Shown in pieces: positions 57,223-64,000 of a DNA stretch of 64,000 nucleotides. The notes under the pieces are model-generated. The model had not been told where the DNA came from. It worked only from the letters and a program-made list of their open reading frames with translations, and did not search any database. Source of the stretch: the human T2T-CHM13v2.0 reference genome, Homo sapiens; NCBI RefSeq assembly GCF_009914755.1, contig NC_060929.1. One strand, written 5' to 3'. The position numbers were made by a program, and so were the translations under genes. Numbering within the stretch: the stretch's first letter is position 1; each line of letters begins with the position of its first letter.

Positions 57223-58798
57223 AACAATTCAATTCTTATTGAGTACCTATTTGAGCCCGTCACCATATAAATAATACAAAGAGTATAATTACTACAAAGA
57301 GATTTAAGATCTGATCCCTGCTCTAAAGGAGCTACAAAATGGGGTAGACTGGGATAAAGGAGGTTTTCAAAGAGGAGATATTTAAAAAACACTAAAATAT
57401 TTGTTTAAAGAAAATGCACTATTATACTACATAGGTGAATAAAATCTATCAGTCTTGTGTCTACCAAATATACAAAACTCAATTTAACATAATTGATTCT
57501 TTAACTGGTAGTGATAAATATAGAGTTCTACATTTCAAAAATTATCTAAGGAGAGAGGAAAGGCTGAAATAAAGTATTTTAATAAACTCCCAATATAAAA
57601 AAGTACAAAACAGATCAGAGATAAAGGTATTAAATCAAAGTAATCAGTACTAAAAACTTTTTAAAAATTTTACTTTATGGCTAAGATATTAATGTATCTA
57701 TATATTACTTGGGTTACAAGCTTTATTCTCATATTAGGTACTGACTCAGAAATAACAAAGGTAAGTATTTCTGAAGAAACAGTAACAAACTAAAGTGATG
57801 AACACTTTACTGAATTATGTAAAGAGAAAAAAATGCATTAAAAAGTTTCATTTAAAAAATCTCAAATTTTGACGAAGATTTCATAACCACAAGTATCTAA
57901 AATATGTATTTTAATAAAGTCAATATAGTGAGTCAATATATATAGTCTATTTCAAACATTAAATTATATAACAAAAATTAGAGCAATTATCTCTGAGTGC
58001 AGTATAGGCAATAGCAATTTGTATAATCAAGTAAGAGGAAGCTATAATGAATGTGAAAATAGACAATAGTGGTTATGATGCATCTTCTATAAATAGTGGC
58101 TACTTTGGGTACATCTGACAAAGAAAGTAAGGCAAAGCACATTCTAATACAATTATTCTTAACATCTTACTAAAAACCAGTAACATAAAACTCTCACTGG
58201 ATGCTTTTAATAATATACTCTCTAAATTCTATGAAATCATATAAAACACTCTGTAAAGTTAGCCCAAAGATGACTTTATAAGGAAAAAGTTACTATATAT
58301 ACCTGGCATATTAAACAAAGTGATCAGAATGCACTTCTGTTTTCTTTTCCCACTACCTGTTCAACATTTATTTGAGAGATACTTTTTCTGTGTCCCTGGA
58401 TGTAAATTACATTAGGCCCCATGAGTCTTATTCCATTTTTCTTACATTCATCCACAAATACAGTCTCAATTAGAATGTCCTCTTTTTTTTTCAACACTTC
58501 AGTCTTTGCTGAAAAGTAATATTTGCACATACTTCCCTGCCCCGCCCCAATTCCCCTCAGCTCCCAGGCTAGAGTATGGTTACAGGCAGTAGCGGGTGGC
58601 TGGTTCCTTTTCCCTAGTACTGCCAACTCCTGTGGCTAATTGTAGCTTCAGGACCCTACTGAAATACTAGAAATTTGCATTTAACTGGTGCCATTGTAAG
58701 GTGGTGCCAAGCTCTCCAGGGTTGACAGATATTTAAAGCTCTTTTTCTCAACCTGGCTTTAGCAGAGACTCCCAACTTCATGGGTAGTCTCTCATCTG

Positions 58799-58958
58799 CA
58801 GGCCCAGCAACATAAGCTGTGGGGCCCAGTGCAAAATAAAGTGTAGGGCCCTTTGTTGAAAAATTACGAAGAGTTTCAAGATAGCAACTACAGAACATTA
58901 AATCAAGTATGATGCCCTGTGTAACTGCAGAGGCTGCATGCCCATGAAGCCAGCCCTG
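58799..58958 (+). mobile_element. MER45-type hAT element with a perfect 8-bp TSD
   Basis: ggggcccagtgcaaaat...catgaagccagccctg, with ctcatctg on both sides. Confidence 0.85.
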
Positions 58959-60218
58959 CTCATCTGCAGTTCCACTAATCTAGCAAATGTATTCTATTCT
59001 TCTCACTCTCTCCACATCCTCTAGCAATGTGGAAACTTCAGATTCCTTTCTGCTGACATCCCATCATCCCTCTAGGTGGCCTTAGTGAACAGGATCTAGG
59101 ATAACTCCTACACCAACCCACTCTCACCACTGGCATTGCTCATTTCTGGATCTAACAAACTCTGAGAGTGTTGCTAATTCTGTCTGCAGCAACTCTCCTT
59201 CATTCCTTCCTCCCTATAGCACAAGGAGATACTCCTGCCTACCCTTGGGATTAATCTACTGTTGACCATTCTCTCCCAGAAACATGGGATCACTTTCTAA
59301 AACGCTAGCAATTCTCCTCTTCTCTGTCCTAACACCTAAGACTGAGTGCCACCGTCTCTGAAACAGTTAGATACCTGTTTATATGCTTCTAGACACATGC
59401 TTCCAGGACCCCGGAGGACACAGATTGAAGCCTCCCTCTCTCTGGTAGGACCCCCTTCCTCAACTTTGTGTGTATCTGTCTGTAGAAGCATGCCAGGGGG
59501 AAAATGGGTGAGGCAACAGCCCTCTCCAAAGAAATGTCTTCACAAATCCTTCTCTAACTCCACTCTCCTGATGCCTTTTTTTTTTTTCTAAAGTTTAACT
59601 TCAGATACAGAGGATACACGTGCAGGTTTGCTCCATGGGTATATTGCACCCAGTTAGGGAGCATAATACCCAACAGGTAGTTTATCAATCCCTGTCCCAC
59701 TCCTTCACCCTCAGTGGTCCACAGTGTCTGTTGTTCCCATGTTTATGTTCACGTGTGCTCAATGTTTAGCTCCCACTTACAAGTGAGAACATGCGTATTT
59801 GATTTTCTGTCCCTGTGTTAATTCACTTAGAATTATGGCCTTCAGTTCCATCCATGTTGCTGCAAGGGGGACATGATTTCGTTCTTTTTTTTATGGCTGT
59901 ATAGTATTTCCATGGTGTATATGTACCACATTTTCTTTATCTAATCCACTATATGGCACCGAGGTTGATTCCATGTCTCTGCATTGTGAATAGTGCGATG
60001 ATAAACACATGAATGCATGTGTCTTCATGGTATGATGATCTATTTTCCTTTGAGTGTATACTCAGTAATAGGATTGCTGGGTCAAATGGTAGCTTTAAGT
60101 TGAGATATCTACAAACTGCTTTCCACAGTGGCTGAACTAATTTACATCTCCACCAACAGTATATAAGCATTTAAGCATTCCCTTTTCTCTGCAGCTTCAC
60201 CAGCACCTGTTATTTTTG

Positions 60219-60526
<308 letters not shown>

Positions 60527-62172
60527 TGACTTTTTAATAATAGCCATTCTGACTGGTGTGAAATGGTGTTTCAGTGTGGTTTTTATTTGCATTTCTCTGA
60601 TGATTAATAGGGATGAGCATTTTTTCATATGTTTGTTGGCCACTTATATGTCTTCTTTTGAGAAGTGTTTGTTAATGTCCTTTAACTGTTTGTTAATGGG
60701 GTTATGCTTCTTGCTTGCTGATTTACGTTCCTTATTGATTCTGGATATTAGATCTTTGTCAGATGCATAGTTTGTGAATATTTATTTCCCATACTGTAGG
60801 TTGTCTGTTTACTCTGTACATAGTTTCTTTTGCTGTGCAGAAGCTCTTTAATTAGGTCCCACTTGTCAATTTTTGTTTTTCTTGCAACTGCTTTTGGAGG
60901 CTTAGCCAAAAAATTCTTTGCCAAGGCCGACGTCAAAAAAGGTATTTCCTAGGTTTTCTTTTAGAATTTTAATAGTTTGAGGTCTTGCATTTAAATCTTT
61001 AATCCATCTTGAGTTAGTTTGTATATATGCTGAAAGGTAAGGGTCTAATTTCATTCTTCTGCAAATGACTAGCCAGTTGACCCAATGCAATTTATTGAAT
61101 AGGGGAGTCCTTTCTCCATTGCTTATTTTTGTCAGCCTTGTCAAAGATCAGATGGTTGTAGGTGTACAGCTTTATTTCTGAGTTTTCTATTCTATTCCAT
61201 TGGTCAATGTGTCTGTTTTTGTAGTAGTACCAATGAATTCCCTCAGTATTTGCTTGCCCTTCACTTATTTAGTTTAGTTTCGTGGGATATGAAATTCTTG
61301 GTCAGAATTTCTTTTCATTAAGGATGCTTCAAAACAAGAAAATAAAGAAAAGAAAAAAGGAAAAAAGGATGCTGAAAATAGGTGCCAAACTCTTCTGCTT
61401 CTAGCTCGTAACATTTCTGCAGAGGTCTGCTGCTAGCCTGATGGGATTCCTCTGTATGTAATTTGACCCTCCTCTCTAGCTGCCTTTAAGACTTCTTCTT
61501 CTTTTGCATTGACCTTGGTAAATCTCATGCTATGTGCCCTGGGGATGATCATCTTGTACAGTACATAGCTGGGGTTTTCTGTATTTCTTGGATTTCTATG
61601 TCAACCTCTTTAGCAAATTTAGGAAAATTTTTGTGGACTAATATACATTTTCCAAGTTGCTCATCCTCTCTCAGGAATGCCAATGAGTTGTAGATTTGGT
61701 CTCTTTACATAATCCCATATTTCTCAGAGGTTTTGTTCATTTTAAAACATTCGCTTTTCATTATTTTTGTCTGACTGAATTGATTAAAAGAACCACTTTG
61801 TGAGCTCTGAGATTCTTTCCTCAGCTTGATGTATTCTTCTTTTAACGCTTCCAATTGTATTATGAAATTCTTGTAGTGAATTTTTCAGCTCTGGAAGTTC
61901 AGTTTGGTTCTTTCTTAGGATGACTATTTCACATTTCAGCTCTTGGATTATTTTACCGGATTCCTTGGATTGGGTTACAACTTTCCCCCAAATCTTGACA
62001 AGCTTCCTTGCCATCCAGATTCTGAATTCTATGTCTGCCATTTCAGTCACTTCAGATTGGTTAAGAACCATTGCTGGGGAACCAGTAGGCTACATTTGGA
62101 GGTACAGGGACACTCTGGCTGCTTGAATTGCCAGAGTTCTTGTGCTGATTCTTTCTCATCTGGGAGGGTTGG

Positions 62173-62583
62173 TGATATGGCTTGGATCTGTGTCCCAGCC
62201 TAAATCTCACGTTGAACTGTAATCCCCAGTGTTGGAAGTGGGGCCTGGTGGGAGGTGATTGGATCATGCAGGCGGAGTTCTCATGAATGGTTTAGCACCA
62301 TTCCCCCTTGGTACTATACACTGAGTGAGTTCTCAAGAGATCTGGTTTTCAAAAGTTTGTGGTACATCCCCCCTCTCTCTCTTGCTCCTGCTCTGACCAT
62401 GTAAGACGTGCCTGCTTCCCCTTTGCCTTCCACCATGATTGTAAGTTTCCTGAGGTCTCCCCAGAAGCAGAAGTCGCTATGCTTACTGTACAGCCTGTGG
62501 AACTATGAGCCAATTAAAACTCTTCTGTTTATAAATGACCCTATCTCAGGTATTTCTTTATAGCAATGCAACAGACGAATACA
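62173..62583 (+). mobile_element. MSTA-type MaLR solo LTR with a perfect 5-bp TSD
   Basis: tgatatggcttggatctgtgtccc ... aataca, with gttgg on both sides. Confidence 0.92.
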
Positions 62584-63589
62584 GTTGGTGTTCCTTTAAC
62601 TGTGGTATAAATTGAGTATAGTCAGTTGGCTTATTTCTGGATGCTTCCAAAGAGCCAGGGCTCTGTACAGGATCTTTATGTGAAGGTGAATTCTTGCACT
62701 TGGTTTCACAGGCGTATACATTAGCAAGATAATTTTTGGTGTTGTAGTTTGGGCTGCAATCCAGTAGATAGCTAGTGCATAAGAGTAACGGTGGGTAACT
62801 AGGCTAACACTTAGCCACATGGCTCTTCTGTACTTCTTCACATTCACAGGCATGCTCTTCAGTGGTGATGGCGGGGACAGGATAGAAAGGACCACCTCAC
62901 CAGCTCTGCTCCAGGGCCTTAGGGGAAGCCCCCTCTGATCATTCACTCCATGCCCACATTACTTTTGTTAGGTGATTTGGGTTGCTGGGTCCCCTTGTGC
63001 AGGGACTATGACAGGGAGATATGCCAAAACTTTTCTGGACTGGCCCTGCAAAGGGAGGCATGCCCCACTCTTGTCCTTGCCCAGGAACCCATGCATCTCA
63101 CCCCTCTTAGCTCTTGAGGGTAGGGGCTCCTCCCCAACTCAAGTGCCAGCCACAGATCTCAGCTCTGTACTCCTGAGTTGAATGCCGCAGCCCTGGGGGC
63201 ACTGGAATGTCCCATGGCTCAAGGCTGAGTTCAGGTTATACTGGAGGATTCTATATGCTACAGCAATCTATCTTGATCTGATATCTCACTTTGGAATCTG
63301 ATATCTAGTATCTTAGCCAACTTGTCAATTTTACATCCAGATCACATATTATCACATATAATAAAACTTTCAAATAAAGACTTTTATAAATGTCTTATTT
63401 TAATATATCCATCCTCCCCATACTGCCAGCTGTTTACCATAGAAATATGGCATACCTTTTATTCCTTTATAATTATTGGATGTCAAATGTTTTTTCAAGA
63501 ACAAATTGGATTGATAGCACTTTAAGGTTTACAAAGGCATGTGTAAACATTCCTTCATTATTCAAACAATGCCACAAGAAGGTAAAATA

Positions 63590-63880
63590 GGTATTCTGAT
63601 CTCCACTACTAAGGGCTTTAAACAGTTTAACTGGCTGAAGGTTTCACAGGTAGTAAATGGCAGAACCAGAACATGGGCTCTTAGAGAAAATACTTCGGTG
63701 GTATAGTACAGGTAAAGGTGGGGTGGGGGATTCAGGGGGACAGGTATACATGGGTATTACTGAACTGCAAGCTAATTTCTTCATCTGTCAAATAGGGTTA
63801 TTGTGATTATTAAATAAGTTAATAAGAGTAAAGCATTTATAATAGAACCTAGCGCAGACTAAGTGCTATAGTTTGCTATT
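63590..63880. mobile_element. MIR fragments
   Basis: tttcttcatctgtcaaatagg...taaagcatttataataga. Confidence 0.6.
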
Positions 63881-64000
63881 GTTAAAACTATTATTAATTT
63901 GTTCTATTCCAGGTCAGATTTAATTTCCCAGCATTAACAAAAATCAATAAATAATACTGAAAAGTAAAAAGTAATAAGTTATGCTAAAAGAGTGTCTACT

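Overview
Primate (very probably human) genomic DNA, AT-rich and repeat-dense, holding the 3' ends of two convergent genes. On +, seven coding exons of FAM81B (854-37205) splice in frame at GT-AG sites to the C-terminus ...LQRKIVELQEV*. On -, the last three coding exons of SKIC3/TTC37 (56854-51546) end ...LNQRLSSQ*, with a poly(A) signal near 50850. A decayed processed pseudogene of RTRAF (C14orf166/CGI-99) lies in a FAM81B intron. The rest is Alu, L1, L2, MIR, LTRs and DNA-transposon fossils, and most ORF-track entries are repeat-derived noise. I see no strongly supported new biological system. The best leads are: (1) the RTRAF retrocopy appears fused to a second, unidentified polyadenylated RNA inside one target-site duplication; (2) a copy of the proximal SKIC3 3'UTR sits in the last SKIC3 intron; (3) a candidate in-frame alternative SKIC3 terminal exon lies downstream of the poly(A) site. 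Gene and repeat names come from recalled sequences, not database searches. Repeat boundaries are approximate.
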